A stretch of 63,997 bases of DNA, the filler included, from Octopus bimaculoides (lineage: Eukaryota): NCBI RefSeq assembly GCF_001194135.2. It is 6 parts of 6 records of this genome, joined end to end, with 100 filler letters (N's around TTAATTAATTAA, not from the genome) between each part and the next. Parts side by side here need not be neighbours in the genome. Positions count along the whole stretch, not along the records: positions 1 to 29,963 come from NC_068984.1; 5 more parts are not named here. One strand, 5' to 3'. Shown piece by piece: positions 13,307 through 26,044 of the stretch (position 1 is its first letter; every line of letters starts with the position of its first letter). A model generated the notes under the pieces. The model did no database searches, was not told the origin of the DNA, and saw nothing but the letters and a program-made list of their open reading frames with translations. The translations under genes were made by a program, and so were the position numbers.

Positions 13307-14030
13307 TTACATTTATACGCATATATATATGAATGTCTGTGCGCGTGTGTGTCTGTGTGTATATGTGTGTATTATCTGTATATTCATGTACCAGTATGTA
13401 TATCTTTAAATATTTATATTTGGACAAGTATACTCTAGACACATCTGTTAACCACTTTACTGTTTCTATACCCAAACAGTGCTACTGCATATGCTACGAA
13501 CGCTAATAATGCAGTTCTTGTGCTCAGGAAAGATAGGACATACAAAGGTAAGCCCAGTTTTTGGTCACCCTTGTAGCCATTGTCACAATTGGATAATTAC
13601 TCAACCAAACTTAATACGTTATTAATTATGATAATAATGCTAACTGTCATCGATGTTTCTAATATTTTGTTTTTTGCCTTCTTTTTAGTCTTCCTGTGTG
13701 TTTCCTGTAATTCACATTCATATATTTATCCTTTATTTTTTATATTGTTTTCCAAAATAAAAGCTTTGCTTGTTTGTTTTTTGTTTTGTCTTGTTTTTTT
13801 TTTTGTTTTTTCTTTTGTTTTTTTTGTTTTTTTTGTGGGGGGGGTCTCATTTAAATAAAGGTATAATTCAATCTGTAAATAGATCCATTTGTAATTTTAA
13901 TGTGTGGTCCTGTTATAAATTTTTATACTCTCTAAAAAGTAACCTGCAAGTTTTTGTTTGTTAGTTTTTTAATGAATTCACTATAGGGGAAATTTAGTTA
14001 TCCATCATTATCCTTCTTTATTATACAGAT

Positions 14031-15145
14031 ATAAGGCATCGAGCTGGCAGAAGCGTTAACATGCTGAACAAAATGCTCTGCGGCATTTCTTTCGCCTTTG
14101 TGTTCTGAGTTCACATTTCGCCGATGTTGTCTTTACCTTTCAACCTTTCGGTATCAATGAAATAAATACTAGTTGAGTACTGGGGTCGATATAATAGACT
14201 TTCCTCTCCTCCAAAATTTCAGGCCTTGATCCTATAATAGAAATGACTTTTATATACAGATATAAGGTGGTGAGCTGGCAGAAAGGTTAGCACGCCGGAC
14301 GAAATGCTTAGCAGTATTTCATCCGTCTTTACTTTCTGCGTTCAAGTTTCGCCAAGGTCGACTTTCATCCGTTCGGGGTTGATAAATTAAGTACAAGTGG
14401 AGTACTGGGATCGATGTAATCGACTAGTCCCCTCCCACTAAATTTCAGGACTTGTGCCTTTAGTAGAAAGGATTATTATTATTGATAATTATTAATGTGG
14501 AAAGATGGCAGAATCATTATTGTACTGGACAAAATGCTTAGTGGTATTTCTGGCTGTTTACATTCTTATCAAACGCTGCCAAAGTTGATTTTTCCTTTCA
14601 TTTTTTTCGTACCAACAAAATGGTACCAGTCAAAAAGTGAGGTCAGTGTAACCGACATGGCCCCTGTCCTCAAAGTGCTAGCCAAAATTAGAAAAAGTTA
14701 ATAAGGTGGCGAACTGGTGAAATCGTTAGTGCGTCGATATAATGCCTAGGAGAATTTCTTTTTATTCTTTACATTCTGAGTTAATATTGCTCTGAGAACG
14801 AGTTTACCTTTCATCCCTTCGCTGTCGATAAAGTGCCAGTAAAATACTGGGGTCGATATAATCGACTGATCCGCTCCTCTTAAAAACGCTACCGTTGTAC
14901 GTAAGTCAGAAACCTTTATTATACACAGATAAAAAACGACGAGCTGGCAGAATCGTTAAAGTTTCGGAAAAACGAATACTCTGTGATATTCGTTCCGAGT
15001 ATTTACATTCTGAGCTCAAATTGTACTAGCGGCCATTCGGAGGAAAGGAGTCGATAAAATAAAGTACCAGTCAAGTACCAGGGTTGATGTTATCGACTAA
15101 TTCCCTCCCCTTAAAAAGGCTGGCCTTGTGTCTGAATTTGAAACG
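14031..15145 (+). repeat. Head-to-tail array of ~5 family B SINE copies
   Basis: Units start at ~14031, ~14261, ~14493, ~14701 and ~14933 (spacing ~210-230 bp). Each has a gagctggcagaa-like head and a ggggtcgat/aagtac core. Confidence 0.8.
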
Positions 15146-15179
<34 letters not shown>

Positions 15180-15802
15180 TTGTGGATCCAATTCTTGACC
15201 CAGATCATGCGTTGNNNNNNNNNNNNNNNNNNNNNNNNNNNNNNNNNNNNNNNNNNNNNNNNNNNNNNNNNNNNNNNNNNNNNNNNNNNNNNNNNNNNNN
15301 NNNNNNNNNNNNNNNNNNNNNNNNNNNNNNNNNNNNNNNNNNNNNNNNNNNNNNNNNNNNNNNNNNNNNNNNNNNNNNNNNNNNNNNNNNNNNNNNNNNN
15401 NNNNNNNNNNNNNNNNNNNNNNNNNNNNNNNNNNNNNNNNNNNNNNNNNNNNNNNNNNNNNNNNNNNNNNNNNNNNNNNNNNNNNNNNNNNNNNNNNNNN
15501 NNNNNNNNNNNNNNNNNNNNNNNNNNNNNNNNNNNNNNNNNNNNNNNNNNNNNNNNNNNNNNNNNNNNNNNNNNNNNNNNNNNNNNNNNNNNNNNNNNNN
15601 NNNNNNNNNNNNNNNNNNNNNNNNNNNNNNNNNNNNNNNNNNNNNNNNNNNNNNNNNNNNNNNNNNNNNNNNNNNNNNNNNTTTTTAGCCTAGTACTTAT
15701 TCTTTCGATCTGTTTTGCTAAACCGCTGAGTTACGATGGCCGTAAACAAACTAACAGCTGTTGTCAAACGGTAAGAGGTGGATAAAACAAACACACACAC
15801 AT

Positions 15803-15898
15803 GTGTGTGTGTGTGCGCGCGCTTGTGTGTGTGTGCGCGCGCTTGTGTGTGTGTGCGCGCGCTTGTGTGTGTGTGCGCGCGCTTGTGTGTGTGTGTGT
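15803..15898. repeat. 20-bp tandem repeat (gtgtgcgcgcgcttgtgtgt) x~4
   Basis: Directly visible alternating purine-pyrimidine unit. Confidence 0.9.
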
Positions 15899-16440
15899 AC
15901 ACGACGAGCCTCTTTCAGTTTCCATCTCTTTACGTTCTGAGTTCATATGCCATCAAGTTTACTTTGCTTTTCTTTCTTTCGATGTCGATAAAATGAGAAT
16001 TGAGGTCGATGTTATCGACTTCCCTCTCCGTCGATATTAATGGCCTTGTGGCAAAATTTATAATCATTATTTTTTCTTTACTTTAAATTATTGTGTATTC
16101 ATACCTAACCAAATAACAATTTATGCAGAAAGCAGATAATAATTTGTAGAAATTATAACATGCAAATCTGAATATTTTACTGTATTTAGTTTCGTTCCTT
16201 TGTATTCAAGCCTCACCCGGATCGACTTTTGTCTAACTCCACTCCTAACTCAATAAATTAAGCATCAGATACGATCGAACAATATAAGCCTTCCCTGACT
16301 AACGTGTGACCTTGTGCTAACGTAAGGAATCAATTTTAATATAATACTCAATAACAAAAGCTTTATTTATTTTTATTTTAAAAAATTGTCCTAATCTCCC
16401 TCATCCTGCCACAAGAATACATAAATTATTTCTTGATAAA

Positions 16441-16587
16441 AAAATAAAACAAATACATACATAAATTAATAAGTAAATAAATAATAAGTTGGGACTTGAA
16501 TCTCCATCTTTTTTCGGTGACGTTCAATCGTAGCAAAATTCGATACTATTGAATTAACAATGAAACAGTATATAATTAATATTTCCC
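16441..16587 (+). repeat. Direct repeat copy 1 (~145 bp), partner at 19727-19879
   Basis: taaataataagttgggacttgaatctc...gtgacgtt.aatcgtagcaaaattcgatactattgaattaacaatgaaac is shared by both copies. Confidence 0.85.
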
Positions 16588-16899
16588 AGCAACAATTGGT
16601 TGAACAAACAATCCTTTCAGATGGTAAGTATTCGTGTATCTACTTGAACTACATCAACAAAATGGGAATGCATTTCTTACAATGAATTTTTATAAATTAT
16701 AATATTATAATATTGTTTAACTTCCAATGCTGTTTCAACAATAAATAAAGAACACTCTTCATACATTTATCTTTGTCCCGTTTTACATATGAATTTGCTA
16801 TCATTGCATCTCTGTATCGACCAATCTATCAGATGTTGCTATACACCACTGGTTACATTGCGCTTCCTCACGTTTGTTGTGGTTTTGATGTGTGCGTGT

Positions 16900-18860
16900 G
16901 TGGGGGGGACCCTGGGAATGAATACATCCTCACCTTTTCTGCATCTGGATAGGATGGTTGCCTCGACAACATGCTTCATCAATTTTTTTTACAACCATAC
17001 ATGTTCCGTTGCACAGTCTGGGGACTCCAAATTGCGCAGAAGCATAACCTGAGTTCTAACTTTAAGGCGGAGCAGATGTGGCGGTAGGCCCGGAGGGTCT
17101 AAAGGCTTTGAGGAACTCTGTTGGGAAATTCACCGATTCATTCGCATCTTCCATCGTATCTACAGATTTGTATGTGAAAGGAGCACCGGAAAGTGACTGC
17201 AACAGTTGGTCATTGAGATTTGTAACGGTCACGTTTTTCGGAGCTAGCACTGCTCTTTCAGACAGCCATGTATGATTGAGATAATAATCTTTTAAATGGG
17301 GAAACACTTTATCGATGAGTTCGGCCAAAGATGAAACGGGAGTCACGAACAGGTGGACGTCCAGTTCCCAATCAGCGTCAAGAGGCACTTTACCGTTGCC
17401 AAGTTTCAGAATGTCACTTGCGAAGTTAGCCGACGCTTGGTTGCCGAGCAATCGATCCCTCATGCTGATTGTCAGAGTCAGTGACCTGACATGACTCCAG
17501 AGCGGAGACAACTTAAGGCATGCTTGAACCTCATCTGCTCGCATGCCTTTGAGGATAACAGGAAGATTTTGCCTAAAGTCACCTGAAAGCAAAAGCGTAA
17601 CACCTCCCATGGGGGCTTCGCAACCCTTGATATCCTGAAGGGTTCTGTTTAATGCGTCGAAGGCTCCCTTGTGGGCCATAGTACACTCGTCCAACACAAT
17701 AAGCTGACAGCGTTTCAGCACAGGCCCTGGCCAGAGCTCTTGCTTATATTGCAGATAGGTGTTTCTGACTTAGTTAAATTGAGAGGCAACTTAAAGGTGG
17801 AGTGTGCAGTTCTGCCGCCAGGCAGCAAAATTGCAGCAATCCCTGAAGATTCGACTGCAACCGCAATGCTCTTTTGCATCCTGACCTTCACTAGGATGAG
17901 CATCATTAGAAAGGTTTTGCCTGTACCCCCTGGAACATCAAGAAAAAACAAACCACCTTTCCTGTGGTGAACATGATCAGTCACAATAGTATAAACATGC
18001 CTTTTCTCCAGAAGAAGCTTTGGTTCATTTTCTAGGACGAAATTGGCAAGGGCATCTGTGTCGTAGGGCGTCTCTCGCAAAAGAGCTGTAGGAACTAAAT
18101 TTGACTCTAAACGCAGCGGTTTAGGCAGACCTAAATGAGGGCAAGTCATTACCACCGAGTGATGCAACTGTATTTTCAATGTCGATCAAGGGATGATTGT
18201 ATACCTCATCGCTTATACTTTCTATCCCAGGAAAAAGCAACTTCGCCTGACGTATGAAGTCCTCCGATAAGTCGTCTTTAAATTTGAGCCACAAAGACAA
18301 AGGGTTGTTCAGTTCACAAATTTGCAGCATAACAGCAAATAGAGCTCGTAGGCGCTTATGTGTCTGGGATGCAACAGCTTCGAATAACGTAGCCTTCCAT
18401 TGCGCATCGTCTTCCAGCAAACCACGCTTGAGGCATGCTTCCCTGTAAGTGCTGCAAACAGAACCATCGACAGTCCTTAAGTCATCAAACGACTGGGACC
18501 CACGTATCTAATGTAACAAAAGGCGAAGATAAAAACACTCGTGTTGGCTCGGATGCACCGTGTAAACTCTCCCAAGGCAGCTGTCAAACTTTACACCAGG
18601 TTGTCCGTCAACTGGCTTTCTGTGCACCCATTGTTGCTTAGTCCATGTGTAGTAGAACGGAACCTGAGGATAAAGCAGAGTTTTTGCAAATGGGTTGTTC
18701 CGGCACAGAGCGAAGAATGCAGTGAGAGTAGTTTGTCGAGGCTCTTCAACCGTTCTGGCAGCAGTCGCATCGGTAAAGTACACCCTTTGACCGTAAACTG
18801 CTAGTTGCTCGATGGGTGGGTGCCTTTGGCGCATTGGAAAGCCGAAAATACGCTGGTGAT
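16900..18860 (-). mobile_element. Decayed Helitron Rep/Helicase fragment (PIF1-type SF1 helicase)
   Basis: RIFGFP...GQRVYF; GRVYTVHPSQHECFYLRLLLH; Walker A DVPGGTGKTF; SSGIAAILLPGGRTAHSTFKLP; LIVLDECTM; LLLSGDFRQ; LRNLESPRLCNGT. Split by frameshifts and stops. Confidence 0.93.
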
Positions 18861-19726
18861 GTTTAGTGTTCTTCAGTAAAACGCTTAATTTCACGTTGCT
18901 ACAGTCTACTCAACTGTAAATAAGAACCATCGACTGATTGGCGTCCCCTTCATGAGTCATGTTATCATGTCGATCATTTGTACTCCATGGAAATTGAATA
19001 ACGGAAGATCTGCTACACAAATGTCCAGGGCACTTTACTTTTTTTACATGTGTGTATGAGTGTGTGCGTATGAGAGAGAAGGAGGACAGAAAGAGAGTGA
19101 GTGAACGCGCGTGCGTGTCTTGTCTTGGAGTTTCAAATACGATTCGCCGTCCATTCGATGGTTGCGGGCTCGAATATTGCGGTTTCTCGATTTTTATGTA
19201 GTTAGTAGTTTGTCCTCAAAATTCAAATATTGCATCTAAGAATTCGATTTACTGCGGTATATGTTTTGTACAAGAAATGAAATCAAATATAATTGTTTCG
19301 AATCTGGCGAGAGGTCAGCAACTGCTGATTACATCGTTCCTAGTATTTGCGTAGTACTTTATTTCATCGACCCCGAAAGGATAAAAGGCAAAGTTTACCC
19401 AAGCAGGATTTGAAATCAGAATGTTAAGAGTCAGAAGAAATGCTGCTAAACATTTGTCTTACGCTCTAACGATTCTGTAAACTCGACCAAAAAAAGAATA
19501 TTATTCGTTCGTCTAACTTATATAGCACTTACATACTATATGATTTCAGCATGTAGTAAACGTCATTCATCACCTAATACAAAGTGCATTTCAGACGTTT
19601 TGAGACTTTTTCAAAGAGATATTTATAAATTTCAAAGAACGACAAAACTCTAACTTTCAAAGTAGGATCCTCTGAGTTTAATGTACTTCTTGTAATGTTC
19701 TGGCCACTTCGTGAAGGCCTCATGAA

Positions 19727-19879
19727 AAAATGAAAACAAATACCTAATTTAATAAGAAAATAAATAATAAGTTGGGACTTGAATCTCTATCTTTTTTTCA
19801 GTGACGTTTAATCGTAGCAAAATTCGATAAATTCGATACTATTGAATTAACAATGAAACGGTATATGATTATTATTTCC
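19727..19879 (+). repeat. Direct repeat copy 2
   Basis: Aligns to 16441-16587 and carries a small aattcgata duplication. Confidence 0.85.
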
Positions 19880-19884
19880 AAAGT

Positions 19885-19958
19885 TAAGCTGTTCTGGCTC
19901 CCTCTCACAGTCTCCTTCATCTCCTCAATGTCTTCAAAACGACTGCCCTTGAGGTTCT
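19885..19958 (-). mobile_element. Short mariner transposase C-terminal remnant
   Basis: Manual translation ENLKGSRFEDIEEMKETV resembles the mariner LKGxRFxxxEExK motif. Confidence 0.55.
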
Positions 19959-22629
19959 CAGGCAAAATAGATTGATAGAATAAATACCAGGATTTTTAAA
20001 AAATAAGTACTGGAGTCGATTCATTCGACCAAAATTCTTCAAGGTGGTGCCCAAGCATGGCCATAGTCTAATGACTGAAACAAGTAAATGATAAAAGACA
20101 AAAGATAGGTATTACCAAACTCGATTTATTTATCATGAGTTATAAACGAATAAGGGCAGCTAATATGAAGGGTGAAAGTGCTAAGTAAAAAGAGGAAGGG
20201 ATTAGATTGGGTTGGATTAGATTGGAAATAAAAATAGCAAAAATTAGTAAGCATGAATATGATGTTACCAAAACTAATATAGGCCGAGAGCAAACTATAG
20301 CTCAATCAATAATACATAATTGCAATATTGAACTTCTATTCAAGTCATAACAACTATTGCATTATTATTCAGAGTTCGAAGCTTTATCAAAGAAGAATGA
20401 ATAGAAACTAATGTTGTTATATTATCGAATTTTCGAACAAGTAGAAACAAAAGCACTGTAATGACTAAGTCTATATGTCAATTTAGATCGAAGATTGCAA
20501 TCAAAAGAACATTCTTTTCAAGCAAATTGTCAATCAGTTACCAGCAGTTGAAAGAAAATTAAGAGAACACGAATGTGAAAGAGAAAGTAACAGAACATTT
20601 CCAGAAAGTTGGACCATTCTATGAGTCTTTCAACTACAATTGGTGACTTAGATGAGGATTATGACCAAGGCAGAATAGATGAAGCCGAGACGCAAGCGAA
20701 AAAATTCTTAATTGAAGTATTAGATGCTACTTTTTTTAGAAATGCTTTAAAATAAAAATAATAATAAAACGACGATAATGGATATACATCTGAATGATAC
20801 AAGTCTGAAGACGAATTGAAAATACAATCAGCTGCTATAAAGTCATGCAAGAAGAAAGAAAATTAAAATATCTCGTTCATAATATTTTGAAAAAAAAAGC
20901 GCAATAAAAACGTTTTATTTTACTTTATTAGATATTTTTATTTCTTTATTTTGCATATGGATGTACCAATGTCAATAAACTCATAAAACTGAAAACTGCG
21001 TTTTATTTATTTGTATCGATTTTATATAGTTTATATTTTCACCATAACATGGAAATATAAATTGTATAATATAGTGAAAATATAACTTTATAAAGATGGA
21101 TGGCCTTTGATTATAGGTTTGCTCTAGTTTTTGTTGTTGAACTCCATTTCTTAATTAATGGAGCAGATTTATTATCACAGGCGTTCTAGCAATGCCTATC
21201 CTGAGCTATTTTATATATATATATATTAGAGACTACATTCTCCAAATTGCCCTTCTTGTCAAGGTGTAATTTCAGGCAATTTCGAATTCTTTCTGACGTA
21301 AGAGTAAGGCCAGAACAATGGGGGATAGAGTCATTCGTTAAGATCAACATCAATAAATGAATGTTTTTTTTTATTTTTATTTCATCGACACCGGATGAAT
21401 GAGGATTTGAATTTAGAATTTAAAGACGCTAGTGTCTTGCAAAAATATTGTCTGATATACCGTGTGTATGCGTGAAAATTTTAAATACCACTGGTCAAGA
21501 CCAATCTGTGTACGTGTGTGTGATTTTCTATGTATTGTATGTATCTATGTGCGGATGTGTGTGTGTGTGTGTGTGTGTGTGTGTNNNNNNNNNNNNNNNN
21601 NNNNNNNNNNNNNNNNNNNNNNNNNNNNNNNNNNNNNNNNNNNNNNNNNNNNNNNNNNNNNNNNNNNNNNNNNNNNNNNNNNNNNNNNNNNNNNNNNNNN
21701 NNNNNNNNNNNNNNNNNNNNNNNNNNNNNNNNNNNNNNNNNNNNNNNNNNNNNNNNNNNNNNNNNNNNNNNNNNNNNNNNNNNNNNNNNNNNNNNNNNNA
21801 TTTTATCTGGTGAGAGATAAATATTATTTAACAAACACAATATATGTTTCTATGTGTTACTATTAGTTTCATGTGCTGAGAACAAGCGAAATATTGTTTT
21901 ATAACACGTCTCGTGTCCCAGTACAGTCATCAGACACTACCCGCATGGCATAACGAACTAAAAGTAAGACGAGAGAAAAGGCGAGAAAGAAGTATATATA
22001 AAAAGTGGTAGATTGAAAAGCCAGAAAACGAAAAAGTAATCAGAAATAAACAAAAGGGGAATAAAAGTTATTTTCTTTGGATTGTAAGTTATAAGGATGA
22101 AAAGATACTGGATTAGATCATATGTAACAGTTATTTAATCCGGTGGGAGAGTTACTTCCCAGTTCTTCAAAAGGAACTTAGGCATATGTATACAACAACT
22201 GATATTTCGGATCTAGAATTCAGCAGTGAGTTAGTGCTCTTAGATCTGAAAAGGATCTGAGCCCTTTCGGCTACGCATAGCTTACATTGTTTTCATCCGT
22301 AATATATGGGGAGGATTTTTCGACTATTTTCCACTTTATCGTATGTGGTGTTGCGTTCGATTTCAAACTCCATACGTGGCTAGCTAACTTAGTAGCTTTG
22401 ATTTTGTCCCTGTGTCAGAAGAAAGATACGCGAATAGCATAGCAATTCTTGAATTCTCCTTCATATAATTCGTTATAGCTTTTCTTTATCAGCTGTGTTA
22501 TTTTCTAGCGTTGCAGTAATTACCATCTCACATATGACGGATTTAATCATACATCTAGCTTAACCCATCATAAATCTCAAAGTTATGCAAACTCTAATAC
22601 TCTTTGCGAAAAGACTCCTAAATCAAATA

Positions 22630-22990
22630 GATTCGATTGTAACTTCAAAATACTGGATAACTGCCCATTGCAAGCTCACTACAAAATTTTTAATGTAGTA
22701 TATAAGTGCTCGGTCCAAAACAGACTCCAAAACTCAATCAAGGTTTATATTGGAGCTACTGTTAATTTTAAGGAAAGATATTCTGCGCATTTAAATTCGT
22801 TTAAACACAAAAACAGTAAATCTACTTCTCTGCCAGAACATATACACTGCCTTAGAAATAAGAACCTACCATATAATATAGTTTGGTCCATCCATACCAG
22901 GTTTTCTATACCAAGGACAAAATGCCTTGTGTTGGTTATGTTTGAGAAAATCTATCCAAATCCAGTCACATAACCCCGCACAATTACTAA
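22630..22990 (+). mobile_element. Penelope-like element GIY-YIG endonuclease fragment
   Basis: DCNFKILDNCPL...NVVYKCSV...KVYIGATVNFKERYSAHLNSFK...TSLPEHIHCLRNKNLPYNIVWSI, the typical PLE endonuclease pattern. Confidence 0.85.
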
Positions 22991-23703
22991 ATAAGCAGCA
23001 CGCGGCCTTCTTTTCGTGAGTTCTTAAATTTTTCAAAACCTTTAAATTTTTCTATAAATCCAAATGTAGTTAGGCAAGTCCTTCTGATTCTCACTGATAT
23101 GTAGTTTAGACATCATATAGACCCTCCTTAATTAAATTAGTAGATTTAACTTACCATCATATCTTTTTTTATCCATGTATTTTATAGGTTCTTATTTCTC
23201 CCTTAATTCATATTTCTACACCCCACTTATTTTATAATTAATCTAATACCTATTCAGTTGCAGCGCAATTATTATTATTACTCTTATTAAATAAACACCA
23301 TTAGGCTTTCTCTTCTCGTGGTTATAGATTTTTTGAGACCTTTAAATATTTCCATTAATCCAAATGCTGTTTGATGGCTACCCCTTCTATAGCTTTCTAA
23401 CATTGTTATGTGGTTCAGAGAATCAAATAAGCTCACTTAATTAAATTACTGTAATTATCTTGTCAACATATACTTTTTTATTTCATCTTTATTGTTTTAA
23501 AAGATCAATACTTTATTATCCTTCCTTAACCCTGTTTCCACATCTCACCTGGCTTACAACTTACTTAACACCTACTATAATTAAGCAATGAAAAATATGC
23601 ATATACAGGGCGTCCCACAATTAAGGCAACCATCTTTTTTCAATTTTGCCAAAGCAAAATGTTGTTATATTTTGGGTCCGGGCGTTGCAATGAAATTTGT
23701 AAA

Positions 23704-23833
23704 TCTCTGAAGAGGCCTAGAGAATCATAAATGTACCTCTATTTCATCCATTTCATCTATCAATTACTCCAGCTTACTGGAGTTATATAGATAGAATGAG
23801 GTATGTCACCTCTAGGCTGAAACAGCTGTAAGA
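23704..23833 (+). ncRNA. Type I hammerhead ribozyme with extended stem II (Penelope-associated)
   Basis: tct-CTGAAGA-ggcctagag...ctctaggct-GAAA-c-agct-GTA-aga. Intact core, 9-bp basal stem II, palindromic stem III (CAGCTG), GUA cleavage site after 23830, 3-bp stem I. Confidence 0.75.
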
Positions 23834-24401
23834 CATTGTCCCTTCTTCGGTCACTGGATGTCCTTTTTAATTTTTAATTACTGATATGACATAATATGTC
23901 ATATGTGTTTGTATATTGTTTTTATTGTCCTCTTAGTTGAAAAATAAACAGGTAAATTAACATAATACAATGTCTGCAAGTTGATGAGTACCACCTATTC
24001 CCCTCCATTTTCTTATTGATATATAAATTAAGGGTAAAATTTCCTTTTACCCGCACCCATTTATTGCACTTGGTAAAAACACTAGTGCAATAATAATTGG
24101 GTATCCTTCCGGCAGTATATTGGATAGATATTATTCCTTACCGGGTTGGATTCACAACCCCTAACTTTCTTGGATTATATGTGTGTGTACGTGTGTATGT
24201 TTGTGCGTCTGTGTTTGTCCCCCCACCATCGCTTGAGAATCGATGCTGGTGTGTTTACGCACCCGTAACTTAGCGGCTCGGCAAAAGAAACCGATAGAAT
24301 AAGTACTAGGCTTACAAAGAATAAGTCTTGGAGTCGATTTGTTCGACTAAAGGTGGTGCACCAGCATGGCCGCAGTCAAATGACTGAAACAAGTAAAAGA
24401 G

Positions 24402-24445
<44 letters not shown>

Positions 24446-24985
24446 TTAGGCATAGCGATACTAATAACCAGTTAGAAATCAATATACATATGCTTCAGAA
24501 TAAAGTGTCAGTAATAAGGAATTAAAATGACAAAGAAATAAGAAATTGTCATGAATTTCATTAGCTTACAGCTGTTTCTGCTATAAGATGTTTGTGCTAT
24601 TATATGATAAAATGAGAAGGGTGCAAGAGTGTTAGTTTGAGGGAAATGTAGTGATATAATAAGTGTGACTGATATCAGGAAAGGGAGGACAGCGTTGTGT
24701 AAGCGACAAATATGGAGTGGCAGTGGGGTGAAAACATTAATACAGTTGTCACAAACACGTGACGCTGTATACATGCTTTCTTAAATACATAGATACATGC
24801 ATACATACACACACACTGCGCACGCACACACAAACACACACACACACACACATGCACATAAGTAACTTTTCAAAGGAAGGAAAAGGAAGATAGATGTGAG
24901 GAATACGTAGCTTTAAGGAGAGAGGCGTAGATGGCTTTTCTGCTGTCCATCGCAAAGAAAGGCTCACAGACAGACACACACTTGC

Positions 24986-25142
24986 ATACATACGTACATA
25001 CATACATACATACATACGTACATACATACATACATACATACGTACATACATACATACATACATACGTACATACATACATACATACATACGTACATACATA
25101 CGTACATACATACATACATACATACGTACATACATACATACA
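24986..25142. repeat. (TACA)n microsatellite with periodic TACG variants (mostly 20-bp higher-order period)
   Basis: catacgtacatacatacata repeated. Confidence 0.9.
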
Positions 25143-25204
25143 CAGATATACTATACACCATCTTAAACTCGTGATTACCAGTGTGTGTGTATGTGTGTGT
25201 GTGT

Positions 25205-25244
<40 letters not shown>

Positions 25245-26009
25245 GTGTGTGTGTGTGTGCCACGTCCTGTAACTGTGTGTCTCTCCACTTTTGTAGGGTC
25301 TTGCCTGTTTCTGTCATATATTGTGAAATTTTAGAATAACGTCAAAATTTCCAAATTTGGCATATTGAAATAATTTTCCACATTAAATCCGATTTTATTA
25401 TTTATTTGTTCCAGAAAAATTACAGAAAAGTTATTGAAGTTTAAAGTTTAATCAATTTTGCCTAATCAGAAAACAGGATTTGGAAGCTGGCATTTTCTGC
25501 ATGCATGATAGCTGTCTATCACGAAATAAAAGCAAAATCATTACGGGAGAGAATTTTTATAAGACAAACGAAAGTAAAACATTACGACAACCAAGAGTTG
25601 TAAGAACTTCTGAAGTTTTAATAAGTTTTAATGGAATAAAGTCATGTGAAACGGCCGAACAGACATGTAAATAATTTTAAAAGGAAAAAAATCTTCAACG
25701 AAGATTTTTGCGAAAAATTGTCCAAATTTGTTCTGATCGAAAGGCCTGTCTGTCGAGGAAGGCATGGTCTGACATGGAANNNNNNNNNNNNNNNNNNNNN
25801 NNNNNNNNNNNNNNNNNNNNNNNNNNNNNNNNNNNNNNNNNNNNNNNNNNNNNNNNNNNNNNNNNNNNNNNNNNNNNNNNNNNNNNNNNNNNNNNNNNNN
25901 NNNNNNNNNNNNNNNNNNNNNNNNNNNNNNNNNNNNNNNNNNNNNNNNNNNNNNNNNNNNNNNNNNNNNNNNNNNNNNNNNNNNNNNNNNNNNNNNNNNN
26001 NNNNNNNNN

Positions 26010-26044
<35 letters not shown>

